Shown here in pieces: positions 1-9,268 of a stretch of DNA of 64,000 nucleotides. The notes below the pieces were generated by a model. The model was given only the letters and a program-made list of their open reading frames with translations, searched no databases and was not told where the DNA came from. The DNA is from Bacteroidia bacterium. GTDB taxonomy: Bacteria > Bacteroidota > Bacteroidia > NS11-12g > UBA955. A program made the translations under genes and the position numbers. Positions within the stretch are counted from its first letter, which is position 1. Each line of letters opens with the position of its first letter. The stretch spans positions 21,417 to 85,416 of the forward strand of contig JAWKNQ010000002.1 in assembly GCA_041391605.1 (NCBI GenBank). Reading direction: 5' to 3'.

Positions 1-1
1 G

Positions 2-853
2 GCCTTTTTTAAGGATTATTTGATGCTCAGCAAGTTTAGATTGAGTGTGTCAGTTGTTGGAACCACTTTGATCGCATATTATTTGGGCACGGTTAAGTAT
101 GGATTAATATTCGACTTTATGGTACTATTTGGATTGTGTCTTGGTGGAATGTTAGTAGTTGCGGCTTCAAATGGATTTAACCAAGTTATTGAAAAAGAAA
201 CTGACCGCTTAATGGATAGAACTCAGAATCGACCAGTTGCGGCTGGCAGAATGTCTGTAAGTGATGCTCTAATTTTTAGCAGTGTAACGGCTATTCTTGG
301 ATTGTTTGCTTTGGCTTTTTATGTGAATCCAACAGTTGCTTTTTTGAGTTTGGTTTCAATTTTTATTTATACACTCGTATATACCCCATTAAAAGTTAAA
401 ACACCATTGGCTGTATTCGTAGGAGCCATTCCTGGGGCATTACCTCCAGCAATTGGATGGATTGCTGTCACAGGAATTATTGATGAAATTGCTGTTATAC
501 TTTTTTTAATTCAGTTTTTCTGGCAATTTCCTCACTTTTGGGCAATTGCTTGGATTTTAGATGATGATTATAGAAAAGCGAATTACACTCTTTTACCTTC
601 ATTTGAAGGTAGAACAAAGAAAAATGCATTGCAAATTGTTCTTTACACTGTTTGGTTAATTCTAATCGCTATCTATCCTTTAACTCGTCATTTTAGCAGT
701 TTAAATGCTTTATTTTTTCAATTACCAGCGGGTTTGTATTTACTTTACAGAACCATTCAACTTTATAAGACTTTAACAATTAAAGATGCAAAAGCAGTGA
801 TGTTTGCATCCTTGATATACATGCCTATAGTTCTAATTAGTTATCTTTTTTAA
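2..853 (+). CDS. cyoE: Protoheme IX farnesyltransferase (heme O synthase), 5' end outside window
   Basis: Frame is open to the window edge (AFFKDYLMLSKFRL...). UbiA-family motif NQVIEKETDRLMDRTQNRPVAAG. Polytopic membrane protein, first gene of an oxidase cluster. Confidence 0.9.
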   Translation, partial: AFFKDYLMLSKFRLSVSVVGTTLIAYYLGTVKYGLIFDFMVLFGLCLGGMLVVAASNGFNQVIEKETDRLMDRTQNRPVAAGRMSVSDALIFSSVTAILGLFALAFYVNPTVAFLSLVSIFIYTLVYTPLKVKTPLAVFVGAIPGALPPAIGWIAVTGIIDEIAVILFLIQFFWQFPHFWAIAWILDDDYRKANYTLLPSFEGRTKKNALQIVLYTVWLILIAIYPLTRHFSSLNALFFQLPAGLYLLYRTIQLYKTLTIKDAKAVMFASLIYMPIVLISYLF

Positions 854-860
854 ATAAAAA

Positions 861-1457
861 ATGTCAAATACATCAATCATGTCCAATAAAAATGGAATTT
901 TCAACGAGAAAACATTTATTGTTTGGCTATTTATAGTAGCCAGTTCAATGTTATTTATTGCCTTCTCAAGCGCATACTGGGTACATATGAGCGATGGTGT
1001 GAAGAATAATGCGTGGCTCAAATTTGATTTACCAATTCAATTTTGGATAAGTGCTGGAATTGTAATCGTCTCAAGTATTTTTATGCAATTGGCGTATCGA
1101 GCTGCTGGAAAGGACGATGTTTATAAAGTGCCATCTTTGCTCAGTATAACCTTTCTTTTAGGAATAGCATTTACAATTTCGCAAGTATATGCATATTTCG
1201 CGTTGATGGACATGGGCTTGTTTTTATCCAATAATGAGGCTGGAGAAATCTCTGCATCTTTCGTTTATGTGATTTCCGGAGCACATTTATTGCATATTGT
1301 TGGAGGTTTAATCTTGCTTTTGGTCGGAATAGTGAAGGCTTCTAGGCTCGAAATACATAAGAAAAACATGATTTTTATTAATGTTTGTAAAACTTATTGG
1401 CACTTTTTAGGAATTGTATGGATTTTCTTAATTTTATTCCTTTATTTCGCAAGGTAA
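861..1457 (+). CDS. Heme-copper oxidase subunit III family protein (short paralogue)
   Basis: Hydrophobic 198 aa. C-terminal HLLHIVGG...YWHFLGIVWIFLILFLY resembles the subunit III signature. Lies 8 nt after cyoE. Confidence 0.7.
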   Translation: MSNTSIMSNKNGIFNEKTFIVWLFIVASSMLFIAFSSAYWVHMSDGVKNNAWLKFDLPIQFWISAGIVIVSSIFMQLAYRAAGKDDVYKVPSLLSITFLLGIAFTISQVYAYFALMDMGLFLSNNEAGEISASFVYVISGAHLLHIVGGLILLLVGIVKASRLEIHKKNMIFINVCKTYWHFLGIVWIFLILFLYFAR

Positions 1458-1476
1458 TTTAGATACATAAATAATC

Positions 1477-2229
1477 ATGTCAAATTCGTCAGCAGTATCA
1501 TCTTCAAGCATTTGGAAAGGCGGTAGATCACCTTTTAACGTTAGTTACGGAAAATTGATGATGTGGATTTTCCTTTTATCTGATGCTTTCACCTTTTCTT
1601 CCCTATTGGTTGGTTATGGTGCAATCAGATATAGTTATTCAGGGTCATCCACTCCATGGCCAGATCCAGCAACTGTGTTTAATCACTTTCCATTTCTGCA
1701 TGGATTACACTTGCCTCTCTTGTTTGTGAGTTTGATGACATTTATCCTTATTGGATCTTCTGTTACTATGGTACTTGCAGTTGAAGCAGGTCACAGAAAA
1801 TCTAAGAAGGAAGTTTCTAAATATATGTTCTACACCATAATTGGTGGAATTATGTTCTTAAGCTGTCAAGCTTGGGAATGGACTCAATTTATTGAAGCTG
1901 GAGGACGCTTGGATTCAAACATGTTTGGATTAACTGAAGCTGCTAGACAACATGCAGAACATTTAGGTTTAGGAGATCATATACATTTAGCTGATGCAGA
2001 CAAAATGCCTGGACCAGTTCCTTTTGCGTCCTTGTTTTTTATTGTAACTGGTTTCCACGGTTTCCACGTTTTAAGTGGAGTGGTAATCAATATCATCATT
2101 TGGTTGAATGTTATTGGAGGAACCTACGAAAGAAGAGGACACTATGAAATGGTTGAAAAAGTTGGTTTATACTGGCACTTTGTTGACCTTGTATGGGTTT
2201 TCGTTTTTACTTTTTATTATCTAATCTAA
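1477..2229 (+). CDS. ctaE: Cytochrome c oxidase subunit III
   Basis: FHGFHVLSGV and LYWHFVDLVWVFVFTFYY motifs typical of CoxIII/CtaE. Cluster context. Confidence 0.85.
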   Translation: MSNSSAVSSSSIWKGGRSPFNVSYGKLMMWIFLLSDAFTFSSLLVGYGAIRYSYSGSSTPWPDPATVFNHFPFLHGLHLPLLFVSLMTFILIGSSVTMVLAVEAGHRKSKKEVSKYMFYTIIGGIMFLSCQAWEWTQFIEAGGRLDSNMFGLTEAARQHAEHLGLGDHIHLADADKMPGPVPFASLFFIVTGFHGFHVLSGVVINIIIWLNVIGGTYERRGHYEMVEKVGLYWHFVDLVWVFVFTFYYLI

Positions 2230-2247
2230 TATCCTTAATTAATTTAT

Positions 2248-2601
2248 ATGAGCAATTCTCACAATACTCCGACAGAAGGAAATTATATTCCAGAAACTTA
2301 CATTCCACATGCTGAATCCCATGGCACAAAAAGTTTATGGAGAACATTCTGGATACTTCTTGGAATTACAATAATTGATTTCATTATATATTTCATGGCT
2401 GGTGCTTCCATGTTTAGAAACCTAGTTTTTATTGCATTGGGTATTGTTAAGGCCATATTAATAGTAGGAATATTCATGCATTTGAATTACGAAGCCAAAT
2501 TTTTGCGCTGGATGATTGTTTTGCCTGCAGTGGTGTTCTTATCTTACTTAGTTTGGTTTCTTCTTCTTGAAGGCGACTATGTAAGTATGATGAAATATTA
2601 A
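2248..2601 (+). CDS. Cytochrome c oxidase subunit IV-like small membrane protein
   Basis: 117 aa with about 3 TM helices. Sits directly after subunit III, as in caa3-type clusters. Confidence 0.6.
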   Translation: MSNSHNTPTEGNYIPETYIPHAESHGTKSLWRTFWILLGITIIDFIIYFMAGASMFRNLVFIALGIVKAILIVGIFMHLNYEAKFLRWMIVLPAVVFLSYLVWFLLLEGDYVSMMKY

Positions 2602-2604
2602 ATC

Positions 2605-3288
2605 ATGACAGAAATTTCTAAAAAAAGCCCAGCATGGAAAGTGTTGGGCATTTTGTTTTTGTTAATAGGTTTGCCAATCTTATGGATAATGCTTAACAAA
2701 ACAGGTGTGCATTATTCTAAAAAACTTCCGATTTATTTTGAACGAGAGCTTGATGCAAAGGGAGATACGATTTATCATCAAATTGAAGATTTTAAACTCG
2801 TAAATCAGTTTGGTGATAGTGTAAGTTTAACCACATATAAAGATAAAATACTTCTAGTTAGCTTTTTCTTTGCAAGTTGCGAATCTGTTTGTCCTCAAAT
2901 GAATTCATATATTCAACAACACATTTACAGAGAATTTGAAAAAGATACAATGATTCGATTTTTAAGTTTTTCTGTAGACCCTGATAAAGATTCTCCTGCT
3001 GTTTTGTTAAATTATTCTAAAAATTTGCACGTGAATACTCATTGGCAGTTTTTAACAGGCTCTAAGTCAATGATATATAATTTAGCGGAGTTTAGTTTTA
3101 AGATTCCTGGAGCTGAAGGCCAACACCAAGATTTGTTTCACAGTGATAAAATTGTGCTAGTAGACAAACAAAGAAGAGTTAGAGGTGTTTTTGAAACTGG
3201 TGGTCAAACGGATAAAAGTGCAACCATTGATGCAGTAAGAGCTTTAAAATTAGAATATAGCAAGAATGAAAACCATAAAACCGAATGA
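2605..3288 (+). CDS. SCO1/SenC family copper chaperone
   Basis: N-terminal TM anchor. Thioredoxin-like fold with CESVCP (CxxxC) and a downstream His (LFHSDKIVLVD). Confidence 0.85.
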   Translation: MTEISKKSPAWKVLGILFLLIGLPILWIMLNKTGVHYSKKLPIYFERELDAKGDTIYHQIEDFKLVNQFGDSVSLTTYKDKILLVSFFFASCESVCPQMNSYIQQHIYREFEKDTMIRFLSFSVDPDKDSPAVLLNYSKNLHVNTHWQFLTGSKSMIYNLAEFSFKIPGAEGQHQDLFHSDKIVLVDKQRRVRGVFETGGQTDKSATIDAVRALKLEYSKNENHKTE

Positions 3289-3802
3289 TAAGCTAGCGCG
3301 AATCATTATACTTTCCTTGTCAATTGTTGTCTTTTCCTTGGTTGTTTTGATGAGAAAAGTAAAATTTGAAGAGTTTGACTTTGGCTTTGATACACATGTA
3401 TTTCCTGCCATTAGTGCCTTTCTTAATTCTATAGTTTCTATTTTGTTAGTGATTGGTTTGGTTTTTATTAAACTAAAGAAGCCAGTATTGCATAGAAATT
3501 CAATGTTAGTAGCGGTGCTATTTTCAATATTCTTTCTAATCACCTATGTTTTGTATCACTTTACCACTGAAGAAACATTATACGGTGGAGAAGGTACCAT
3601 AAAAGTAGTTTATTTGATTTTACTATTTAGCCATATAGTGCTCGCTGGGCTAATATTGCCTTTTATATTATATTCGGTATACAGAGGACTCACTGGTGAG
3701 TATGCGAAACATAAAAAACTAACTAGATGGGTTTGGCCAATCTGGTTTTATGTCTCAATAACAGGAGTAATAGTGTACTTTATGATTTCACCTTATTATT
3801 AA
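3266..3802 (+). CDS. DUF420 (CtaM-like) membrane protein
   Basis: 178 aa, 4 TM helices. Overlaps the SCO1 stop by 23 nt. This family is typically linked to aa3/caa3 oxidase clusters. Confidence 0.65.
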   Translation: MKTIKPNDKLARIIILSLSIVVFSLVVLMRKVKFEEFDFGFDTHVFPAISAFLNSIVSILLVIGLVFIKLKKPVLHRNSMLVAVLFSIFFLITYVLYHFTTEETLYGGEGTIKVVYLILLFSHIVLAGLILPFILYSVYRGLTGEYAKHKKLTRWVWPIWFYVSITGVIVYFMISPYY

Positions 3803-3848
3803 GAATTCGTTTTCTGATTTTCATCACCTTTCATTCGCATATAATTTG

Positions 3849-3856
3849 TAAATTTG
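3849..3856 (+). promoter_or_regulatory. Bacteroidota-type -7 promoter box TAAATTTG
   Basis: Matches TAnnTTTG. Lies 12 nt upstream of the ATG at 3868. Confidence 0.45.
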
Positions 3857-3867
3857 CAGCGTAAGAC

Positions 3868-4110
3868 ATGAAAAGAATAGTTTTATTTATAGTTTCATTA
3901 TTCCTTGCAGTTAACACAATAATTGCTCAATGCCCTATGTGTAAGGCAAGTGTTGAAAGCAGTCAATCTACTGGAACTAAAAGTGTTGGGATGGGATTAA
4001 ATGTAGGAATATTGATGTTGCTACTTTCTGTTTACATCATCCTTATGGCGGTTGGAATTTTGTGGTATTTCAAATTCAGAAAGAATCAACTCAGTTCAAA
4101 TGCCATCTAA
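3868..4110 (+). CDS. Small exported/membrane-anchored CxxC protein
   Basis: Signal peptide ending AQ, followed immediately by CPMCK. One C-terminal TM helix. Has its own -7 box and lies in the oxidase cluster. Confidence 0.5.
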   Translation: MKRIVLFIVSLFLAVNTIIAQCPMCKASVESSQSTGTKSVGMGLNVGILMLLLSVYIILMAVGILWYFKFRKNQLSSNAI

Positions 4111-4489
4111 ATACCCTTCAAAGTTAGGAAGTATTATTAATTGTAAATGTCCAAGATGTAGAAAAGGGAAGGTGTTTCCAAGTTCTGTCTTTAATATTAC
4201 TCAATTTAGTAAAACAAACGATTATTGTCCAAATTGCGGCCTGAAATTCGAGCATGAAACTGGTTTCTTTTGGGGGGCAATGTATATTAGTTATGCATTT
4301 AGTACTGCCATAATGATTGTTTTTGGGATTATAGCCATTAATCTAGATTGGTCCTTTAAAAGAATAATGTATGTTATAATTCCATCAATTTTAATTTTAA
4401 CGCCTTTTTCATACAGGTATTCTAGGATACTTCTTCTTTATTTTATCTCTCCAAATCGACATTTTCAAAAAGAATTTTCCGATAATTAA
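4100..4489 (+). CDS. DUF983 family membrane protein (zinc-ribbon N-terminus)
   Basis: CPRCRKG...CPNCG zinc ribbon followed by 2 TM helices. Start chosen at MPSKYPSKL (ATG 4100) rather than the upstream TTG-type start of the track ORF. Confidence 0.65.
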   Translation: MPSKYPSKLGSIINCKCPRCRKGKVFPSSVFNITQFSKTNDYCPNCGLKFEHETGFFWGAMYISYAFSTAIMIVFGIIAINLDWSFKRIMYVIIPSILILTPFSYRYSRILLLYFISPNRHFQKEFSDN

Positions 4490-4534
4490 ACCTTTTGAAT
4501 TGAATTTAGTCATATTAATACTTACATCAACATT

Positions 4535-4978
4535 ATGAAAAAAGTATTTTTATTACTAGTAGCAGTTGTGTTTACTGTTCATGCTTTCTCACAAAATGAA
4601 GGGAAAAAATCAAAGACACCAGAGGAAATGGCTCAAAAAAGAGCTGAGAAATTAAAGACGCAATTAGAGTTGAGCGATGAACAGACCGTCAGTGTGCAAG
4701 GTTTCATTCTTGAGAAAATTCAGAATAAACAAGCTATTAAGTCAAAATATAAAGACAGTGCAAATCGCAAAGGAATGAACAAAGAATTAAAAATTGTTAA
4801 AACCAATTTTGATTCTAAGATGGAAGGTATTTTGACAGCAGCTCAAAAAGTTAAATATGCCGACTTAAAAGCTGAAAATAAAAATAAAGGAAAAAGTAAG
4901 GGCAAAAGAAGAGGAAAAGGCAAAAAGGAAAAGTCTAAATCAGGTGACTCAGATGATGAAGACGAAAATGAAGACTAA
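4535..4978 (+). CDS. Secreted lysine-rich protein with LTxxQ-like repeats (Spy/CpxP-like?)
   Basis: Signal peptide MKKVFLLLVAVVFTVHAFSQ. LSDEQ and LTAAQ motifs. K/G/D/E-rich tail. Confidence 0.45.
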   Translation: MKKVFLLLVAVVFTVHAFSQNEGKKSKTPEEMAQKRAEKLKTQLELSDEQTVSVQGFILEKIQNKQAIKSKYKDSANRKGMNKELKIVKTNFDSKMEGILTAAQKVKYADLKAENKNKGKSKGKRRGKGKKEKSKSGDSDDEDENED

Positions 4979-5000
4979 AATACAGATTTTTATAACAAAA

Positions 5001-5023
5001 AGACTTCAATTGGAGTCTTTTTG
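5001..5023 (+). terminator. Rho-independent terminator
   Basis: AGACTTC-AATT-GGAGTCT hairpin (one G-U pair) followed by TTTTTG. Lies 23 nt after the stop at 4978. Confidence 0.6.
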
Positions 5024-5081
5024 TTATTTACTATTATTATAACGAATTGATTTGTTTGAATTAAAAGCCCAAAAACGCATA

Positions 5082-5097
5082 TGTGACTTACGTCACT
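5082..5097. promoter_or_regulatory. Crp/Fnr-type palindrome TGTGACTTACGTCACT
   Basis: TGTGA-N6-TCACt; the inner GTGAC/GTCAC arms are perfect. Lies 21 nt upstream of the -7-like GAACTTTG (5119-5126) and 77 nt (site end 5097 to ATG) upstream of the DUF2892 ATG. Confidence 0.45.
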
Positions 5098-5173
5098 AAT
5101 TTTTTGTGTTTGATGTACGAACTTTGTTCTTATCAAATGGTTGAATTAGCTATTTGAAATTAAAAATTATAGT

Positions 5174-5383
5174 ATGATAAAAAATATGGGTTCCACCGAC
5201 AAGGTAATTAGATTGTTAATCGCAATTGTAGTTGCTATTCTTTATTTTAGCAATGTTATATCAGGCGTATTGGGAATAGTGCTATTAATCCTTTCAATTG
5301 TGTTTGTATTAACAAGTTTAATTGGGTTTTGTCCTCTTTACACTATTTTTGGTTTCAAGACCAATTCAAAAGACAAGGAGTAA
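5174..5383 (+). CDS. DUF2892 (YgaP C-terminal-like) small membrane protein
   Basis: 69 aa. N-terminal MGSTDKVIRLLI, two TM helices and GFCPLY, typical of DUF2892. Confidence 0.65.
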   Translation: MIKNMGSTDKVIRLLIAIVVAILYFSNVISGVLGIVLLILSIVFVLTSLIGFCPLYTIFGFKTNSKDKE

Positions 5384-5398
5384 GACAACTTTTTCCCT

Positions 5399-5776
5399 TT
5401 ATTCAGAAGCAATAACGCTTATTTCAACGTTGGCGTTTTTGGGCAAGACACTAACTTGAACGGTTTCTCGTGCTGGAAAATTAGAGTCGAAATATTTTGC
5501 ATAAATGGCATTCACTTTTGCAAAGTCATTCATGTCACTAAGAAATATGGATGTTTTAACTACGTTTGAAAAATCCATTTCTGCAGCCTTTAGTAAGTTT
5601 TTAATATTTTTCATCACTTCCTCAGTTTCAATTTCAATGTTTTCTTGATGCATGTTCCCTGAAGTGTCTAAAGCAATTTGACCACTACAATATAAGGTGG
5701 TTCCAATTTTTACGGCTTGAGAATATGGTCCAATAGGACTTGGTACTTCTTTACTGAATATGATTTTTTTTTCCAT
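5399..5776 (-). CDS. ridA: RidA/YjgF family reactive-intermediate deaminase
   Basis: PIGPYSQAV...GQIALD...FPARETVQVSVLPKNANVEI signature. Start set at MEKKIIF (5776); the longer track ORF would run through the neighbouring promoter. Confidence 0.85.
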   Translation of the reverse strand: MEKKIIFSKEVPSPIGPYSQAVKIGTTLYCSGQIALDTSGNMHQENIEIETEEVMKNIKNLLKAAEMDFSNVVKTSIFLSDMNDFAKVNAIYAKYFDSNFPARETVQVSVLPKNANVEISVIASE

Positions 5777-5787
5777 GATTGTATTTG

Positions 5788-5795
5788 TATTTTTG
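5788..5795 (+). promoter_or_regulatory. -7 promoter box TATTTTTG
   Basis: Matches TAnnTTTG. Lies 8 nt before the ATG at 5803. Confidence 0.4.
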
Positions 5796-5802
5796 CGCTC
5801 CA

Positions 5803-6465
5803 ATGAACATTGCGGTAAAAGGCTCAGAAGCGCGCATATTAGAGCTAAACGATATCCTGTCATCGGCGAATTTATCTTTTACAAAGCTCGAAAGTACAAA
5901 AAATATACATTCTAGCAAGTTTGATGTGATATTTGATTTAAACTTTGATGATGACCACAGCTCATTAGAGGATTATTTGTTATTAGAATCCAATACTTTA
6001 CTTGCAATTTCAAGCGTTAAAATTCAAATTGAAGCCCTTTTGCCTAAGTCTCTGTGGAATCAAACAGTTGGAATAAATGCACTCCAAACATTTTTAAAAA
6101 GAACTTCAATTGAATACTGTTATTCAGGAGGCGATAGTTTTGATGAAACAATCTTTATGAAATTAGGTTGGCAAAAGGCGAATAGAACCCTATCCAGGGT
6201 TGGATTTGTGTCACCTAGAGTTGTGTTTACAATTATTAATGAAGCTTATTTTACCTTACAAGAAGGTACAGCAAATAAAGTGGATATCGATCTTGGAATG
6301 AAGCTGGGTACTGCTTACCCTCTTGGGCCTTTTGAATGGTCTGAAAAGATAGGTGTAAAAGATGTATACGAAACATTATTAGCACTTTATCATGATACCT
6401 CTGATGAAAGGTATAAAATTTGCAGTTTGTTAAAGACAGAATACCTACTTGGTATGGCAAAATGA
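5803..6465 (+). CDS. 3-hydroxyacyl-CoA dehydrogenase family protein (degenerate N-terminal domain)
   Basis: The C-terminal half (INEAYFTLQEGTANKVDIDLGMKLGTAYPLGPFEWSEKIG) matches the 3HCDH C-domain. The N-terminus lacks a GxGxxG loop. Confidence 0.65.
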   Translation: MNIAVKGSEARILELNDILSSANLSFTKLESTKNIHSSKFDVIFDLNFDDDHSSLEDYLLLESNTLLAISSVKIQIEALLPKSLWNQTVGINALQTFLKRTSIEYCYSGGDSFDETIFMKLGWQKANRTLSRVGFVSPRVVFTIINEAYFTLQEGTANKVDIDLGMKLGTAYPLGPFEWSEKIGVKDVYETLLALYHDTSDERYKICSLLKTEYLLGMAK

Positions 6466-7496
6466 TTTCATTAAAAAAAATTTTAGTTTTTAGCACTTTA
6501 CTCTTCTTCGGAATTTCACTAAACGGATTTAGTGTAGACACTTTGTTCATTTGTAAAGGTGATTGTATTCGATATACAAACACAACCACTCAGGGTACAC
6601 CAATTGCCTGGGACTGGGTTTTTCAAGGAGGAACTCCAGGTACAAGTAATCTTCAACAGGACGATGTGTGTTATCCTACTGCAGGAGTTTTCTTAACAAC
6701 AATCAAAACCACTTTTGACGATAATTCAGATACAACAGATTCGGTATATGTCGTTGTCTTTGATAGTCCCATTCCTGCATTTACCTTTCCTAAAGATACA
6801 GGCTATTGTGCAGGAGAAAATTTCCCGTTACAATTGAATACAATAAATCATCCATTTGTTAAATATTTATGGAGTGATAATTCATCTGGTTCCTCGTTGA
6901 ATGTAAATACTCAGGGAAAATATTGGGTTCAGCTTTTATTAGGCGTTCCAGGTAATACTTGTGATAGTGTCTACAAAGAGGTTAATATCACCGAATATCC
7001 TAAACCATCTGTTTATTTAGGGCAAGATAAGTTAATGTGCCAGAATCAAATTATAACGCTTGACGCAGGCTCAGGTGCAGGGTATACATATCTTTGGACG
7101 CCGAATAATGAAGTTACACAACAAATAAATGTTAGCTTACCAGGTATTTATTCCGTAGAAGTTAGTAATTCATACGGATGTAAAACTTCGGATCAAATAG
7201 AATTAAGAGATTCCTGTCCACATTATGTATTTATTCCTAATGCCATTTCACCCAATGAAGATCGATTAAATGATGTATTTACTCAAGTTTGGAACTTTAC
7301 ACCTACTGAATATACTTTATCCATTTATAACAGATGGGGTGAATTATTATTTGAAACTAATGATTTTACCGTAGGATGGAATTGTAAGTACAATGAAGAA
7401 TTGGTTCAGCAGGATGTATATGTTTATAAAATAAGCTACTACGATACTGATAAAAAATGGTATGAAATGAGGGGTACTTTTTACGTTGTGCGTTAA
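6462..7496 (+). CDS. Gliding motility-associated C-terminal domain (T9SS type B sorting / CHU_C) protein
   Basis: Signal peptide MISLKKILVFSTLLFF. PKD-like segment. C-terminal FIPNAISPNEDRLNDVF...YNRWGELLFE...YVYKISY. ATGA overlap with the upstream gene. Confidence 0.8.
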   Translation: MISLKKILVFSTLLFFGISLNGFSVDTLFICKGDCIRYTNTTTQGTPIAWDWVFQGGTPGTSNLQQDDVCYPTAGVFLTTIKTTFDDNSDTTDSVYVVVFDSPIPAFTFPKDTGYCAGENFPLQLNTINHPFVKYLWSDNSSGSSLNVNTQGKYWVQLLLGVPGNTCDSVYKEVNITEYPKPSVYLGQDKLMCQNQIITLDAGSGAGYTYLWTPNNEVTQQINVSLPGIYSVEVSNSYGCKTSDQIELRDSCPHYVFIPNAISPNEDRLNDVFTQVWNFTPTEYTLSIYNRWGELLFETNDFTVGWNCKYNEELVQQDVYVYKISYYDTDKKWYEMRGTFYVVR

Positions 7497-8453
7497 TTTT
7501 GCCAAACGGAAGTTCCTTCACTGCAATTTTTGCAAATATCAATATATTGTCTTCCTTTTAAAATTTGTTTTCTAAATTGCTGGTATGCTTCACCATTCCA
7601 TATTTCATTAAAAGAATTGGTGTTAATGTTCCCTAGTCTGTATGTGCCATCCTTGTCAAAACAACATGGGACAATTTTGCCGTCCCAAGTGATTACGCAA
7701 CTATTCCAAAGTCTCCAACAATACAATTTAAAAGATTGTTTTTGATTGAATATTTATCTCCATCTTTTTGATATCGTGACTCAATTCATCATTGTTAAAG
7801 ATCTATGTGAAACTTTCAGTTTCATAATCGTAGATCTGTTAGATTTAATTGCCAGTTCATCAACTTATTCTTAATATTTATGATTCTTTCAAATCTAATT
7901 GATGTTCATTATGTGAAAATACTATAAATTGCCATATCACATGAGGTGTTTAGAATTAAGCTGTTTTTTGCCTCCATTATAGCTTTGGTACCTGCTAAAA
8001 CTTTATCCAATTTTCCTCCTATCCTGTATTTCCCATAAGTGTCTTGTGTGGTTCCATCAATAAAGGTCCTCAATTAACCATTCAGTCACTTTTACAGTCT
8101 TTCTGCATTTTCTTTATAAATAATGAGCATTAGTACTAGTAGCAGAGTATAACCCTAAATTTATTTGCGTAGCTAACCATTTCAAAAATTGATTGGCAAT
8201 TCAATCTCATGAAAATAAAGGTTACATATCCTGTAGTTTTATATAAGGCTTTATCGCTTTTGATACATTCATTTCTAGCATTCCTGTAGGGCGACTAAAA
8301 CTTCTCAAACCACTTGGACACTGGGGGCACCTTAGATTGCATGAAGTTGTTGGTTCTATTGAAAATGAAATTAGTTTCCCCAATGAAAAGGTTTTTTAAT
8401 ATCTTAGAGAAATAATAACTGGAAAGGACTTTAGCCGCATTTAATATACGCAT
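7493..8453 (-). pseudogene. Radical SAM/SPASM domain protein, multiply frameshifted
   Basis: The last 77 codons are intact (WDGKIVPCCFDKD...ICKNCSEG). Upstream pieces are found only by frame hopping: MRILNAAKVLSSYYFSKILK, SIEPTTSCNLRCPQCPSGLRSFSRPTG, GLYSATSTNAHYL, IDGTTQDTYGKYRIGGKLDKVLAGTKAIMEAK. Confidence 0.75.
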
Positions 8454-8459
8454 TCCAGT

Positions 8460-9240
8460 TGCATTTTTACGGATAAGGTTTTAATATCGTTGTAGTTTTT
8501 GTTCAATGGTATTAATCGTAAAAACTCGACTTTTATATCGGAGCGTGTGTAGTAATATCCTTTAAATTGTTTCTAGTTTTCCTTAATCATTTCTGTCCAA
8601 CCACGCATAAATAAAATAAAGCAGGAAATGGTTTTGATAAAAGGTTTAAATAATGAGGATGGACATAACCAGTTTCACCAGTCCACTTTTCTCTACTCAA
8701 TACAGGTATATAATTAAAGTTTGAAAATTGATTAGAAAGTGAAATTCACATGTGTAAAGCAAGTCTGCTTGAGTTCTACAACAAAGAATAGATAGATTGG
8801 ACTCTTAAAATGCTTGTGATGTAATAAGTCTTTAATCATTGCTCTAAAAGAGAGCTACATATGATGCAATGCAAATAAATATAATTGGTTTTCATCTAAA
8901 ACTTTGAAGGTAATACAAAACGTCGCCAGAGGTACCTATGACATTGAATCTCCTACTTTGAGTCAAAATAAAAGCGGTGTTACTGCACCATCTTCTTTTA
9001 ATACAACACATAATTCAAATTGATTTATGTGCCAAATCTATATAAATGCTTCGGTTGAAAATTGATAATGCAAAGTTGCAAAATCAATAATCACAAATTG
9101 CCCGCTTTTATATAGGTCAAATCAAAAGGATATTACAGACAAAAAATTGTTTCGTACTTGGACTTAATTCTCTAATATCCACAATTTTGGCAGTATGAAA
9201 ATCGGCATCATTATTCTTTAGATACATCTGGTATATGCAT
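8460..9240 (-). pseudogene. Unidentified degraded gene(s)
   Basis: Only short minus-strand fragments are readable (MYLKNNDADFHTAKIVDIRELSPSTKQFF; MRGWTEMIKE; FKGYYYTRSDIKVEFLR). No family recognised. Confidence 0.25.
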
Positions 9241-9265
9241 AAAAACCTTACAAAACTTTGTAAGG
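9241..9265 (-). terminator. Rho-independent terminator (minus strand)
   Basis: CCTTACAAA/TTTGTAAGG inverted repeat followed on the minus strand by TTTTT. Lies just after the DUF1573 remnant stop at 9269. Confidence 0.55.
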
Positions 9266-9268
9266 GGT

